From the NCBI GenBank assembly GCA_964016885.1, contig OZ024741.1:57598001-57662000 (forward strand): 64,000 bases of DNA, given 5' to 3'. This DNA comes from Eledone cirrhosa. Lineage: Eukaryota. Positions 14,629 through 28,520 of this stretch are shown here, one piece after another (the first letter of the stretch is position 1; every line of letters begins with the position of its first letter). A program made the translations under genes and the position numbers. Under the pieces are notes generated by a model, which worked only from the letters and a program-made list of their open reading frames with translations, ran no database searches and had not been told where the DNA came from.

Positions 14629-14737
14629 TGAGATTAAAGTAAGTGAGTTTGTCACTACTCTAAAACAATAGCATACGGTCTTCAAAATGCTTTTAATTAA
14701 GCATAAAGTGTATTGCAAAATACATTATATATACATA

Positions 14738-16032
<1,295 letters not shown>

Positions 16033-16659
16033 AAAGCACAAGCAATATGTCAGTGAAAATTAGTTTTCATGCTGGAACTGAAAGTAATTCGCTGCACCAA
16101 AGTGAATCCTTTTCCAGGCTGCTGACCACAAGTGTCAGGAAATAACTTGACTGTTTTATGAAGGCATGGATTGTCATCAGCTATCACTGGGATATATTGT
16201 AAATGTGGAAGCATGTAGTGAGGTCAATGATGTGTAATTAGGTGTGTATTTTTATGGATTTCCTATGCACACATATACATACATACATATATATATATGC
16301 ATATATATGTGTATATATATACTGTATATATATATGCATATATATGTACACACACACATATATATATATATGCATATATATGTACATATATATATATACA
16401 CACACACACACACACCCACACATATATCATCATCATCATTTAACATCTGCTTTCCTTGCTAGTGAGGGTTGGACAGGTTTAAATAGTCAAAGACAATGCT
16501 TCAATACTTCAGTGGGACTACTGACCTCCCTGACAGGGCGGGGGTCTGTATCTTTCTTATATATAGTCTCACATTTCTCTGAATGCTCCAGCATCACAGA
16601 AGTTGTTTTGTCTTTGACACAATTGAAGGGTTCTCCCAACCCTGTATTATATATATATA

Positions 16660-17962
16660 CAGGGTGCGGACGATATTTGTTCGCAAGATTACTGTCTAGG
16701 AAAAAATAACACAGTAGTTTTATTTTTTAAGATTTATTTATCAAACTTGGATCAGTTTATCTTCATGACTTGTTCTTTCGATCTCACTCGATAAACCCGC
16801 CATTGGCTTTGATGACGGCCTCAAGGTGGTCTTGGAACCGGCTACAGGCCTTCATCACTGTCCCCCGACTTAGGCCCCTAAAGGCACTTATGATCCTGGC
16901 CTTCAGATCGTCTTTCGTATTGCAGCTAGATCTGTTGGTGTCTCGTTCCACTGTGCCCCACACAAAGAAGTCAAGGGAGTTGCAGTCAGGCGAGCTGGGA
17001 GGCCAGATGTCAGGTGAAGTGTGGTCGACAAATTTCCTTGACAGCCAGGCTTGGGTCTTTCGGCTGGTATGGCAGGGCGCTGAGTCTTGCTGCCACAAGT
17101 ACGGCCTACCTGCAGCTATCTGGTCGATCCAGGGCTTTACTACCTCGCTCAGAATGCGGATGTAGCCATCGGTGTTCAGCTTGAGGCCCTCAGGGAAGAA
17201 GTGAGGTGGCATGACATCACCTTGACTGCTGACGACACCTAAGACCAATGTTGTCACTGGAAACTTTGTCTGCATGACTCTGGGCACATCTTTGGATGAG
17301 ACAGCGAGCCACCTGTTGTTCTGGGAGTTGATCTACTGGTCTTGGCAGAAGTTTTTGTCATCGGAGAAAAACCACAGCATGTCTGGCTCCAGTGGGTCTT
17401 TCAACTTGTTGATCAGCTTCTTTGCGTGCTTCAGTCGCTTTTCTTGCATCGCCTTTGACAGACATTGTCCTTTCCTCATCTTGTATGAAATGTAGCGAAT
17501 GTCTTCATGTACCACCAGCCTAATGAGCTTTTCATCCATGCCTTTCTCCCTTGCAATGGCACACATTGACTTGCTAGGTTCATTGTTGATGATATCATGA
17601 ACTTCAGCGACGAACTCGGCCGTTCTGAAGGCGTGAGATCATCGATCATGTGTTTTCCTCTCTGATGTTGCTTGGTAGTCGAATCCTGAATCTTCCAATT
17701 CCTTTCTGACCTTTTCCACCATTCTCCTGCTGACACTGAGAAAGTCTGAAATTTCCTTATTTGTCCTCCCGGCGCAGATTCCAAGAAGAACTCCGTGTCT
17801 CTTCCACAAATTTGGAGGTTCAAAATTATTCATAATCAATTATTCTGAAAATAAATAATGGAAATAAAGTCACTGTTTTTATGAAGACAAGAGTGACACG
17901 GAAGTAAAAAAACTTTGCATAAAATTAGCAGTTGAAAATTGCGAACAAATATCGTCCACACC

Positions 17963-17965
<3 letters not shown>
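16660..17965 (-). mobile_element. Tc1/mariner superfamily DD37D (maT) transposon, full length
   Basis: TIRs CAGGGTG(C/T)GGACGATATTTGTTCGCAA at both ends, TA flanks, transposase inside. Confidence 0.95.
16784..17833 (-). pseudogene. DD37D transposase, 350 codons, two in-frame stops (17639, 17333)
   Basis: HTH N-terminus, WFFSDDKNF, and WQQDSAPCH...WPPSSPDCNSLD with 37 residues between the last two Asp. The three ORF pieces share one frame. Confidence 0.92.
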
Positions 17966-18030
<65 letters not shown>

Positions 18031-18033
<3 letters not shown>

Positions 18034-18540
18034 TGGCTTGTGAAGCAGTACAAGCCATGTATAGAGGAAAAGTCAGCAACAGTGAAGAATTTAGCGTGCA
18101 GGTAGGTGTCCATCAGGGCTCCATCCTTAGTTCTCTCCTGTTTATTATCATCCTATAGATTAAACAGAAGAGTTTAAGGTTGGCTTCCCATAGGAACTTC
18201 TGTATGCAGATGATCTAAGCCTTATAGCTGAAATTATGGCAGAATTAGAGAAGAAATTCCAAATCCAGAAGCATGGTTTAGAATCAAAAGACCTTAAAGT
18301 TAACTAGTCAAAGACTAGTATATCTAGAAAGGAAAACTGGGCCCAGATTCCCCCAGGGAAATGGCCTTGCTCAGTGTGGAATAAAGGAGTAGGTATGAAT
18401 TCTATCCTATGCTGCAAATGCAAGCTAGAGGGTACACAAGAGATGTAGTAGAATCTCAGGTAGGTAAGCTAAGAATGTAGGTTTTACATGTGGCTGTTGC
18501 ACAGGAGCAGTAAGCAGCAAAAGTCCACAAGAAACAACAT
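18031..18540 (+). mobile_element. Degenerate RTE RT fragment
   Basis: EWLVKQ..GVHQGSILSSLLF..ELLYADDL..GKWPCSV, with stops. Confidence 0.8.
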
Positions 18541-18939
18541 TTTCCCACTCTATAAATGCTCAGATTCTTTCACTCAACAACAGAGAATAAATAAAGAAAA
18601 ACAATTCATTAACAAATACAAAACACAATTAAATATGTAATTGTTTCCCATTAGACAATAAATAGTGATCTATGAATGGGAATAACCAATTCTCATGCAC
18701 ACCTGTGTACAAACACTTGCAACAACAACACACATCACAAGATAAAAGGAAAAACCATAACTCCAAGGAAACCTCTACTAAAGATCTTTCTCCCTTCCCT
18801 TTCTCCCTTCCCTTTCTCCCTTCCTTTCTCTCTTTCTTTTCTTTCTTCATTCTCCCCTTTCTCTTCTCTCTTCTTCCCTCCATTTTTTATATTTATTTTC
18901 ATTTTCATTATTTTTTTATTTTATATATTATCATTAATA

Positions 18940-19130
18940 CTATTGTAGAGGGTCGGACACCATGCTTTGACACGTAGAGTTATGGCCCATGCCATTCTGA
19001 GTTCTAATCCCACCGAGGTTAACTTTGCCTTTCATCCTTACGGGGTCGATAAAATAAAGTACCAGTAATGTGCCAAAAGTAGAAACAATTATTATTATTA
19101 ATATTATTATTATTATTATTATTATTATCA
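18940..19130 (+). mobile_element. tRNA-derived SINE (Meta-like domain), 5'-truncated
   Basis: GAGTTCTAATCC B box, TTGCCTTTCATCCTTACGGGGTCGATAAAATAAAGTACCAG body, (ATT)n tail. Confidence 0.8.
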
Positions 19131-19532
19131 TTAATACTATCATGATCATCATCATCATCATGATCCTCATCATCACCACCATCATCATTATCATCATCAT
19201 CATTATTATTATCAATTTTTTCCGCTCTTGAATTGAGCTAAGTAAATATCTATATCTGTGTGTGCACATGTGTATCTATGTATTTCTGTATACACATACC
19301 TATGTGTGTGTATGTATATGTTCATATGTGTGTCTAAGTTGTGCATACAGCTGTATATATATATATATATATGTGTGTGGATGTACCCATGAGCGTAGCC
19401 ACCCACAGCACTTCCCCCATAAAACTAAATGGTGGTACATCTTTGCAATACCATAACTGTAAGTGGGATACCTCCTTGCATTGTCATGATCATTGTTCCA
19501 TCACCCTTACAATGGAGTAGCCATTGTATTTC

Positions 19533-20435
19533 CACATAGTACATTTAAGACTAAAGTATAACTACATAGTACATTTAAGACTAAAGTATAACTACATAGT
19601 ACATTTAAGACTAAAGTATAACTACATAGTACATTTAAGACTAAAGTATAACTACATAGTACATTTAAGACTAAAGTATAACTACATAGTACATTTAAGA
19701 CTAAAGTATAACTACATAGTACATTTAAGACTAAAGTATAACTACATAGTACATTTAAGACTAAAGTATAACTACATAGTACATTTAAGACTAAAGTATA
19801 ACTACATAGTACATTTAAGACTAAAGTATAACTACATAGTACATTTAAGACTAAAGTATAACTACATAGTACATTTAAGACTAAAGTATAACTACATAGT
19901 ACATTTAAGACTAAAGTATAACTACATAGTACATTTAAGACTAAAGTATAACTACATAGTACATTTAAGACTAAAGTATAACTACATAGTACATTTAAGA
20001 CTAAAGTATAACTACATAGTACATTTAAGACTAAAGTATAACTACGTAGTACATTTAAGACTAAAGTATAACTACGTAGTACATTTAAGACTAAAGTATA
20101 ACTACATAGTACATTTAAGACTAAAGTATAACTACATAGTACATTTAAGACTAAAGTATAACTACGTAGTACATTTAAGACTAAAGTATAACTACATAGT
20201 ACATTTAAGACTAAAGTATAACTACGTAGTACATTTAAGACTAAAGTATAACCACATAGTACATTTAACACTAATGTATAACCACATAGTACATTTAACA
20301 CTAAAGTATAACCACATAGTATATTTAAGACTAAAGTATAACCACAAAGTATATTTAAGACTAATGTATAACCACATAGTACATTTAAGACTAAAGTATA
20401 ACCACATAGTATATTTAAGACTAAGGTATAACCAG
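19533..20435. repeat. 30-bp minisatellite, ~30 units
   Basis: ACATAGTACATTTAAGACTAAAGTATAACT in tandem with no spacers. Confidence 0.97.
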
Positions 20436-21359
20436 ATTATAATAGTCTACTCATAAGAATCCGATCACCCTACTCTCTTAAGATATTATGACCCGTGATA
20501 TTACTAATATTATGTGATTTCCCCTATTTCTTTTTTTTATAAATGTACATATGTATGTAAGTATGCATGCACACATTACCTACATATTCAGACATTATCA
20601 GGCATGTAGTGGCGAAGCATAGCAAGTATTAATCTAACTGTTGGTGCCTTAATGCTCGTTATATATATATAACTAACAGACTAATACTTGAACCATATTT
20701 AACTAAACTTTCACCACAATACTAAATGAATTCTTGTATATACAACGTTTCGGCAATGTAAAACATATATCCTTTCAATGTTAACCACATGCAGCGCTAG
20801 CAAATATGAGCTACACGCTATTCATTATAGAGACTGGTTTACACACTTTTACATTCAGCTCATCAACAAATTCCAAACACACAACAAAACATCCGACTCA
20901 GACACAGATCCTTCATACATACACATACACACCAACACACACACACACACCCACACACTCACACATACACACACACTTACATAGAAAGGCTCATACTGAT
21001 AGAGGTGTACATAATTATAGATAGATTCATGAAAAAAATATAGATATAATTAATTTATTTATATCCTCGAGTGCATGTATGCGTGTTTGTAAAAATCTGA
21101 ATACACTATCATTTCTGTAAAAATAAGGTACCTCATCTATAGAGTACATATATACATATAGAGAGTATATATATATATGTACACATATATATATATGTAT
21201 ATATATATACAAATAGAGAGTGTATATATATATATATATGTGTGTGTAGAGAGAGAGAGAAAGAGAGAGAGAGATAGTCTATTGACTAAATGCATAGAGT
21301 ATATAGACACATCTAATTAATATTTCTCTCAATATATTCTTGTTATAAGTGTGTGGGTG

Positions 21360-21394
<35 letters not shown>

Positions 21395-21649
21395 CATTTT
21401 CATTGTACTTTTCATAAACCTTTATTTTTCTCCACATACTTACATGACTTATTCAAATAAAAAACCTTAAACAGCTATGAGACAATCTTGTTTCCCTTTT
21501 CTACATATATTCTACTATAGTGATACACACACACTCTCTCACACGCACACACACACTCTCACACGCACGCACACACTCACACGTACACACACACACTCAC
21601 ACGCACACACACGCACACACTCACACACATACACGCACAGTCACACACA

Positions 21650-21690
<41 letters not shown>

Positions 21691-21757
21691 CAAGATAGCT
21701 ATCTGTCTATATGTATGTCTATCTGTTTATTTATCTAGCTACCTATCTCTATATCTT

Positions 21758-21798
<41 letters not shown>

Positions 21799-21879
21799 GT
21801 GTGCGTATTTATAGTATGTGGCAGATGCACAAGAATAATTAGTAGTAAGAGCATTGGTGAAATAAACGTTTTCCAATCC

Positions 21880-22025
21880 CAGGAAGGCTCCATAGAAGTG
21901 GTTGATAGCTTCTACTACATAGGTGATCAAATTAGTTGGGGTGGCTGCACCTAGAGCATAATAGCTAGAGTAAGAACAGGATGGAAAAAGCTCAGGGAGT
22001 TATCATTGCTGTTGACAGTTGAGGG
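21880..22025 (+). mobile_element. Degenerate RTE fragment
   Basis: EGSIEVVDSFYYIGD..ARVRTGWKKLREL. Confidence 0.7.
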
Positions 22026-22387
22026 AGTTGATAGACAATATGCTGGGTGTGACAAAGAGGGAACTGCAAGGGTAAATGGTATGTATAGTGTGGCGGTGGT
22101 GATATTGGTGGTGATTTTATACAACCTGGATTCCTCTATGGTGACATGCCTTCTTTCTCTATATATAAACAATACCCTGTATAAATGAAAGTTTTGATAA
22201 ACTTTGAGAAGTTGATATGTCACATTGCTGATGCAAAGTATTTGAAGTCAAGTTCTCCAATAAAGCACAGCAGATTAGCAATTCTAGATATACTCACCTA
22301 CATATCGACGAAACACGTGTCAGTTATGTAATAAATGTTATTCCTTCAACAACGAAATTGGTATGTTCATGTGATTTATTAAATTTG

Positions 22388-22422
<35 letters not shown>

Positions 22423-22440
22423 AATATATATATATATATC

Positions 22441-24577
22441 ACTGATAAGAAGGTAGCTTGGAAGTGTCACTACGAAAGGCTACTAAATGAGGAGAATAAA
22501 TGGGAGAAAGACAGTCTCCCCCACATCGATCCAATAGAGGGACCAGCAGTGTTAGTCGAAAGTAGTAAAATAAGTAAGGCAATCAAAGATATGAAGACGG
22601 GTAAGGCGGCTGGGCCTTCGGAAATAGTTGCTGAAATGCTGAAAGCTTCTGGAACGGTGGGACACACTATGGTCACCCGGATAGTAAACCAAGTCATACA
22701 GAATGGGGTTGTTCCGAAGGACTGGCATAGCAGCATCATCATTAACTGCTACAAGGGTAAAGGAGATGCCCTAGATAGGGGTAACTATAGAGGCATTAAA
22801 TTAATCGACCAGGTCATGAAAGTCACAGAAGAAGTAATAGCGCAACTAATCAGAGAGCGAATTGATCTAGATGAAATGCAGTTCGGGTTTGTGTCAGGTA
22901 AAAGTACCACAGACGCTCTTTTCATTGTACGACAACTACAGGAGAAGTACCTAGCTAAAAGTAAACCCCTATACTTAGCTTTTGTCAACTTGGAGAAAGC
23001 CTTTGACAGAGTCCCCCGTTCCATTATCTGGTGGGCTCTTAGAAAACTAGGTGTTGATGAATGGCTTGTGAGAGCTATACAAGCCATGTATAAAGAAACA
23101 GTCAGCAAGGTTAGAATTAACAACGAATATAGTGAAGAGTTTAGCGTAAAAGTTGGTGTTCATCAGGCCTCCGTTCTTAGCCCCCTACTATTTATTATTG
23201 CCCTTCAGGCTATAACAGTGGAGTTCAAGACCGGCTGCCCATGGGAACTCCTATACACAGATGATCTAACGCTCATAGCTGAATCAATGGCTGAACTAGA
23301 GAAGAAATTCCAAACACAGAAGCATGGCCTAGAATCAAAAGACCTTAAAATTAACCTGTCTAAGACTAAAGTTCTAGTTTGTAGGAAAGAAAATAGGGCA
23401 CTGGTCCCATCCGGGAAATGGCCATGCTCAGTGTGTAGGAAAGGAGTAAGCAGAAACTCCATTTTATGTCCCAAATGCAAAGTATGGGTGCATAAAGCTA
23501 ACTAAGAATATAGATTTTATATGTGGCCGGTGCTCTGGTGCAATAAGTAGCAGCAAGTGCCCACAGAATACTAGCTCATTCCATTGCACAGATGGTTCTA
23601 TAGAAATAGTGGACACCTTCCGTTACTTGGGTGTCAAAATCAGCAGTGGTGGAGCGTGCTCTGAAAGTACAGTAGCTAGAGTCAGAACTGGATGGAAAAA
23701 GTTCAGAGAGCTTATACCACTATTAGCCGCTAAAGGGTTCTCTCTAAAAATGAAAGGCAGGCTGTATGATGCCTGCATACGAACAGCAATGTTACATGGC
23801 AGTGAGACCTGGGCATTGTGTGCAGAGGATATACGCAAACTGGAGAGGAATGAAGCTTGCATGCTCCGCTGGATGTGTAATAGTAATATATGTGAACGGC
23901 AAAGCATAAACGAACTTAGGGAAAAATTAGAAATAAGAGAGATCAGATGTTTACTCGAGAGAAGACTACGTTGGTACGGTCACATGATGCGCATGAAAGA
24001 TGACAACTGTATAAAAAAGTGCAGGGCGATAAAAATAGACGGTAGCCACGGAGTAGGCAGACCCAGAAAAACCTAGGACGACTTGATAAATTCCGACCTC
24101 ACATACTTACACCTCTCCAAGACAATGTCACTGGACCGAGATCTTTGGCGCTACACAGTAATACAGAAGACCCGCCTTACCTAAGTACAAAGTGAAACCT
24201 ACTACAGTCAGTAGGCACCTCTAACAAAAATACACCCCGTCCCACTACCCCCACCCCATCCACACCACATCTTTCAATGTAAAGTTATGTTGGTACCACA
24301 ACATCCAGTCCGAAACAAATGAGGTCGTGTAGGTGTCACGACAAAAAAACACACAGTCCACGCTGTAATGTGGCCGTGTAGGTAACACGGTAAAAACCTC
24401 CCAGTCCACACTGTAAACATGGTTGGTGTTAGGAAGGGCATCCAGCCGTAGAAAACCCGCCAGACAGTCCTATGCGAGCAAGACAACCACTCTTGCCTCA
24501 AGTGGGAAAACTCCCGTCCAAACCCATGCAAGCGTGGAAGATGGACGTTAAACGGTGATGATGATGATGATGATGAT
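22441..24577 (+). mobile_element. RTE LINE family B, 5'-truncated, mutated RT
   Basis: KAAGPS, NYRGIKL, FVNLEKAFDRVP, VHQASVLSP, YTDD; small deletion in the zinc finger; 3' UTR and (GAT)n tail. Confidence 0.92.
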
Positions 24578-24599
24578 ATATATATATATATATATATAT

Positions 24600-27537
24600 C
24601 ATCATCGTCCTGTTGTGTGCAGTGTCTGGTCGGCTGACCATGCCTTGCTCATACAGGAACTGATCTGGCTTGATTTCTACAGCTGAATGCCCTTCCTAAC
24701 ACCAAACTCATTTACAGTGAGTGCTGGGTGCTTTTTCGTGGCGCCTACACGTCCACTTTACAGTGTGGGCTGGGTGCTTTTTTGCCGTGGCACCTCCACG
24801 ACCACCTTGCGGTGGGGGGTGTGGGGGCATATTGTTTATATGCTTCAGCATGTACTCATGGGAGGTCGGGTACTCTGTATTACTGCGTGACGCCAGAAGT
24901 CACGGTCATGTGTCATTGTCTTTGAGAGGTGTAGTTGGGTAAGGTCGGCTTTTATCACCTCATCCCAGGTCATCTTGGGTCTCCCCACTCCGCGGTTTCC
25001 ATCAACTTCTAGTGCTCTGCACCTTTTTATGCAGCTGTCATCCTTCATACGCATCACATGTCCATACCAGCGCAACCGCCTCTCCTGCACACAGCATTTG
25101 ATTCCTCTTATGCTCAGTCTCTCTCTCAATTCATTTATGCTTTGTTGTTCACGTATATTACTGTTACACATCCATCGGAGCATGCAGGCTTCGTTTCTCT
25201 CTAATCTACGTAGGTCTTCCACCTTCAGCGCCCAGGTCTCACTACCATGCAACATCGCTGTTCGGATACACACATCATACAGTCTGCCTTTCATTCTGAG
25301 GGAGAAGCCTTTTGCAGCTAGCAGTGGTAGTAGTTCCCTAAACTTCTTCTATCCCGTTCTTACCCTAGTTATTGTACTTTCTGAACACCCACCTCCGTTG
25401 CTAATTCGGTCACCTAGGTAGCAGAAGCTGTCTACTGTTTCTACAGGGCCCTCCCAGAGATTGGTGGTACTTGTTTCCTGTGGCTGTTTGCTGCTTGCTG
25501 TTTCAGCACAGCTGCTGCATGTGAATCCTACATTCTTAATTAAGCTTCCTGAGATCCCGCTACATCTCTTGTGTACCCATTGTTTGCATTTGGGGCAGAG
25601 AATGGAGTTCCTACCTACACCTTTCCTACATACTGAGCAAGGCCATTTCCCTGAGGGGATCTGGGTTCTGTTTTCTCGTCTACTTACAAGGACCTTAGTC
25701 TTTGTCATGTTGACTTTGAAACCCTTTCTTTCTAGTCCCTGCTTCCAGGTTTGGAATTTATTCTCTAGTTCTACCATAGATTCAGCTATGAGTGCGAGGT
25801 CATCAGCATACAGGAGTTCCCATGGGCATCCGGTCTTAAACTCCTCCGTTATTGCCTGCAGGACTATGATGAACAGGAGAGGGCTAAGAACAGAGCCCTG
25901 GTGGACCCCAACCTGTATGCTAAATTCCTCGCTATACTCATTGCTAATCCTAACTTTGCTGATTGCTCCCCTATACATGGCTTGTACTGCTTTCACAAGC
26001 CATTCATCTACTCCTAGTTTTCTAAGAGCCCACCAGATTACCGCACGTGGAACTCTGTCAAAGGCTTTCTCAAGGTCGACAAATGCCAAGTAGAGTGGCT
26101 TACTTTTAGCTAGGTACTTTTCCTGTAATTGCCTCACAAGGAAGAGGGCATCAGTGGTGCCTCTTCCTGGTACAAACCCAAATTGCATCTCGTCTATTTT
26201 CACCCGGTCCCTAATCAGCTGTGCTATAACTCTTTCTGTTACTTTCATAACCTGGTCCATCAACTTTATACCTCTATAGTTTCCTCTATCTAGTGCATTG
26301 CCTTTACCTTTGTAGCAGTTGACAATGATGCTACTGCACCAATCTTTTGGTATGGCCCCTTCTAGTATTACCTGGTTAACGATACGTGTGGTTATAGTGT
26401 GACCTACAGACCCAGATGCCTTCAGCATCTCGGCAGCTATCCCCGATGGACCGGTTGCCTTCCCCATCTTCATATCTCTGATTGCCTTACTTACTACGCT
26501 GCCGCTGACTTGTACTGCTGGTCCCTCTATAGGGTCTACTTGGGGTAGGGTCTCTTCTTCCCATGCATTCTCCTCATTTAGTAATCTATCATAATGACTC
26601 TTCCATGCATCTTTCTTCTCAGCACTTGTGAGGGCAAGCTCACCTTTATCATTCCGGATACACTTCTCTCCAATGACATCACAACTATCTCTGACACACT
26701 GCCTCGCAATCTTGAATACCTCCTGTTTCTGGTCCTCACGTTGTAAAACATGCTTGAATTTTCTATCCTCTGCTTCCCTCCTAGCTAAGTATACTTGTCG
26801 CCTAGCTTCCCTCTTGGTCTCTATGTAATGTACCCTGCTCCCCCCGTTCTTCCATTCTTTCCATGCCTGTCTCTTGGCCTTGACTGCTTCATCTACCTTA
26901 TTGTTCCACCACCAAGTCACTCTCCTCCTGCTTGAGGTCTTACTCCAGCCACAGACCTCGTCCGTCGCCTCTAGTAAATTATTTTTTAGGAACTCCCAGT
27001 TCTCTTCTACATTAAATGTCTCTATCTGTTCTTCTTTACTGTCGTAGGCGTTGAGTAAAACATCTTTAAATCTGTTACTGGTTGAGGGGACTTTCAGCTT
27101 CCAGATCTTTCTTCTCCAGGTTGGCCTCTGTTTCAGGGCTCGTCTAGTTCTGACCATGAGGTCGCTGACAACTAAGCTATGTTGGGATGTACATTCCTCA
27201 CTAGGGAAGGCTTTTGTGTTTACGACCGTCCATCTGTCACGTCCTCTGATGAGGATAAAATCTAACTGAGTAGAGTGCTCCCCTGATCTATAGGTGATCA
27301 GGTGGTTGTCGGGTTTTTTAAAGTTTGTGTTACATATCGACATGTCATTGGCGTCGCAGAATTCTAGAAGTCTGAATCCTTCCTCATTCCATGTACTCTA
27401 TTGAAGCCGTCGCTGTGTTTACCTACGTGTCCGTTAAAATCTCCTGCGATGATTAGGAAGTCATTGTCGTTTGTTAGAGCAGTAGTGTGCATTAGGGACT
27501 CGTAAAACCTATCCTTAAGTTCGTCTGGCAGCCCCGA
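24600..27537 (-). mobile_element. RTE LINE family C, truncated inside the AP endonuclease
   Basis: APE remnants (AGDFNGHVG, TQLDFILI, SQH), RT, C-terminus and 3' UTR. Confidence 0.93.
24845..27343 (-). pseudogene. RTE APE-RT polyprotein with internal PHD-like finger, premature stop at 25349
   Basis: FVDLEKAFDRVP, VHQGSVLSPLLF, YADD, then CSVC..CPKC..H..C..CSSC, then FCYLGD. Confidence 0.9.
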
Positions 27538-27602
27538 TATTCGCTAATTTCTACCCGCCGAAATGCGATTCTCGCTAGATTTATATTTATATATATATAT
27601 AT

Positions 27603-28204
27603 ATTGTTATACTTTGGGAGGGTCATGTTGCCAATAAGAAACACACGCACCAGTTGCTTTCACTTCAATTTATTATAATAAATTTATAAATTTAGGAATT
27701 TATAAATTTCCGGTTGGTTAGTTGGTTGGTTCCACAACCAGGTAGTTGTTTATATATTGTCAAAGTTCTTTCGTCACACATTCTGTGACCTCTTCAGTGA
27801 CTGGGGATTCTTTTCTTTGTTTTTTGTGCCTCTCCTTTGTTCTGTCCTACGCCATTTTGTTTCATTTTGTTTCATTTTGTTTCATTTTGTGAGAAACAAA
27901 ATGGCGTAGGACAGAACAAAGGAGAGGCACAAAAACAAAGAAAAGAATCCCCAGTCACTGAAGAGGTCACAGAATGTGTGACAAAAGAACTTTGACAATA
28001 TATAAACAACTACCTGGTTGTGGAACCAACCAACCAACCGGAAATTTATAAATTCCTAAATTTATAAATTTATTATAATAAATTGAAGTGAAAGCAACTG
28101 GTGCGTGTGTTTCTTATTGGCAACATGACCCTCCCAAAGTATAACAATATCGGTTTCAACACACGTTTTCAGATAAAGAATCTTGCTAAACAAATTCAGA
28201 AACG

Positions 28205-28205
<1 letters not shown>
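27603..28205. mobile_element. Head-to-head pair of PLE terminal repeats
   Basis: 27603-27865 is inverted at 27893-28150. The right arm has a ~55-bp tail. Same family as 37500-38750. Confidence 0.88.
27759..27801 (-). ncRNA. Minimal hammerhead ribozyme
   Basis: GTCA-CTGAAGA-G-GTCACA gaatg TGTGAC-GAAA-GAAC-TT-TGAC. The + arm copy at 27954-27996 has GAAA changed to AAAA. Confidence 0.7.
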
Positions 28206-28257
<52 letters not shown>

Positions 28258-28260
<3 letters not shown>

Positions 28261-28500
28261 GTACAAGCTGAAGCATATAGACAATTTGCACCCACACCAT
28301 CCCACTGCAAAGTGGTCGTGGAGGTACCACAGCAAAAAAGCACCCAGCACTCACTGTAACTGTAGAAATCAAGCCAGAATCAGTTCCTGTATGAGCAAGG
28401 CATGGTCAGCCGACCAGACACTGCCCACAACAAGACAACCCGGCTAACCCATGCTAGCATGGAAGAACAGACGTAAAACGGTGATGATGATGATGATGAT
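28258..28500 (+). mobile_element. RTE family C 3' UTR fragment
   Basis: Matches 39017-39333, with a (GAT)n tail. Confidence 0.8.
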
Positions 28501-28520
28501 ATATATATATATATTTATTT

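Larger units (their letters stand above)
13901..14737. mobile_element. Retrozyme-like non-coding tandem repeat, ~319-bp monomer, head-to-head arms
   Basis: TTAGAATTGGAGCTC recurs at 13901 and 14220. In the inverted arm CTTTTAATTAAGC recurs at 14372 and 14690. One HHR per monomer and no ORF. Confidence 0.8.

Noticed and set aside
19507-20456. CRISPR-like array or repeat protein
   Set aside because: Units are contiguous with no unique spacers, there are no cas genes and the context is eukaryotic.
25461-26093. Antisense ORFs over LINE and transposase genes (also 9497, 16770, 57052, 61683, 63452)
   Set aside because: Shadow frames of real coding sequence on the other strand.
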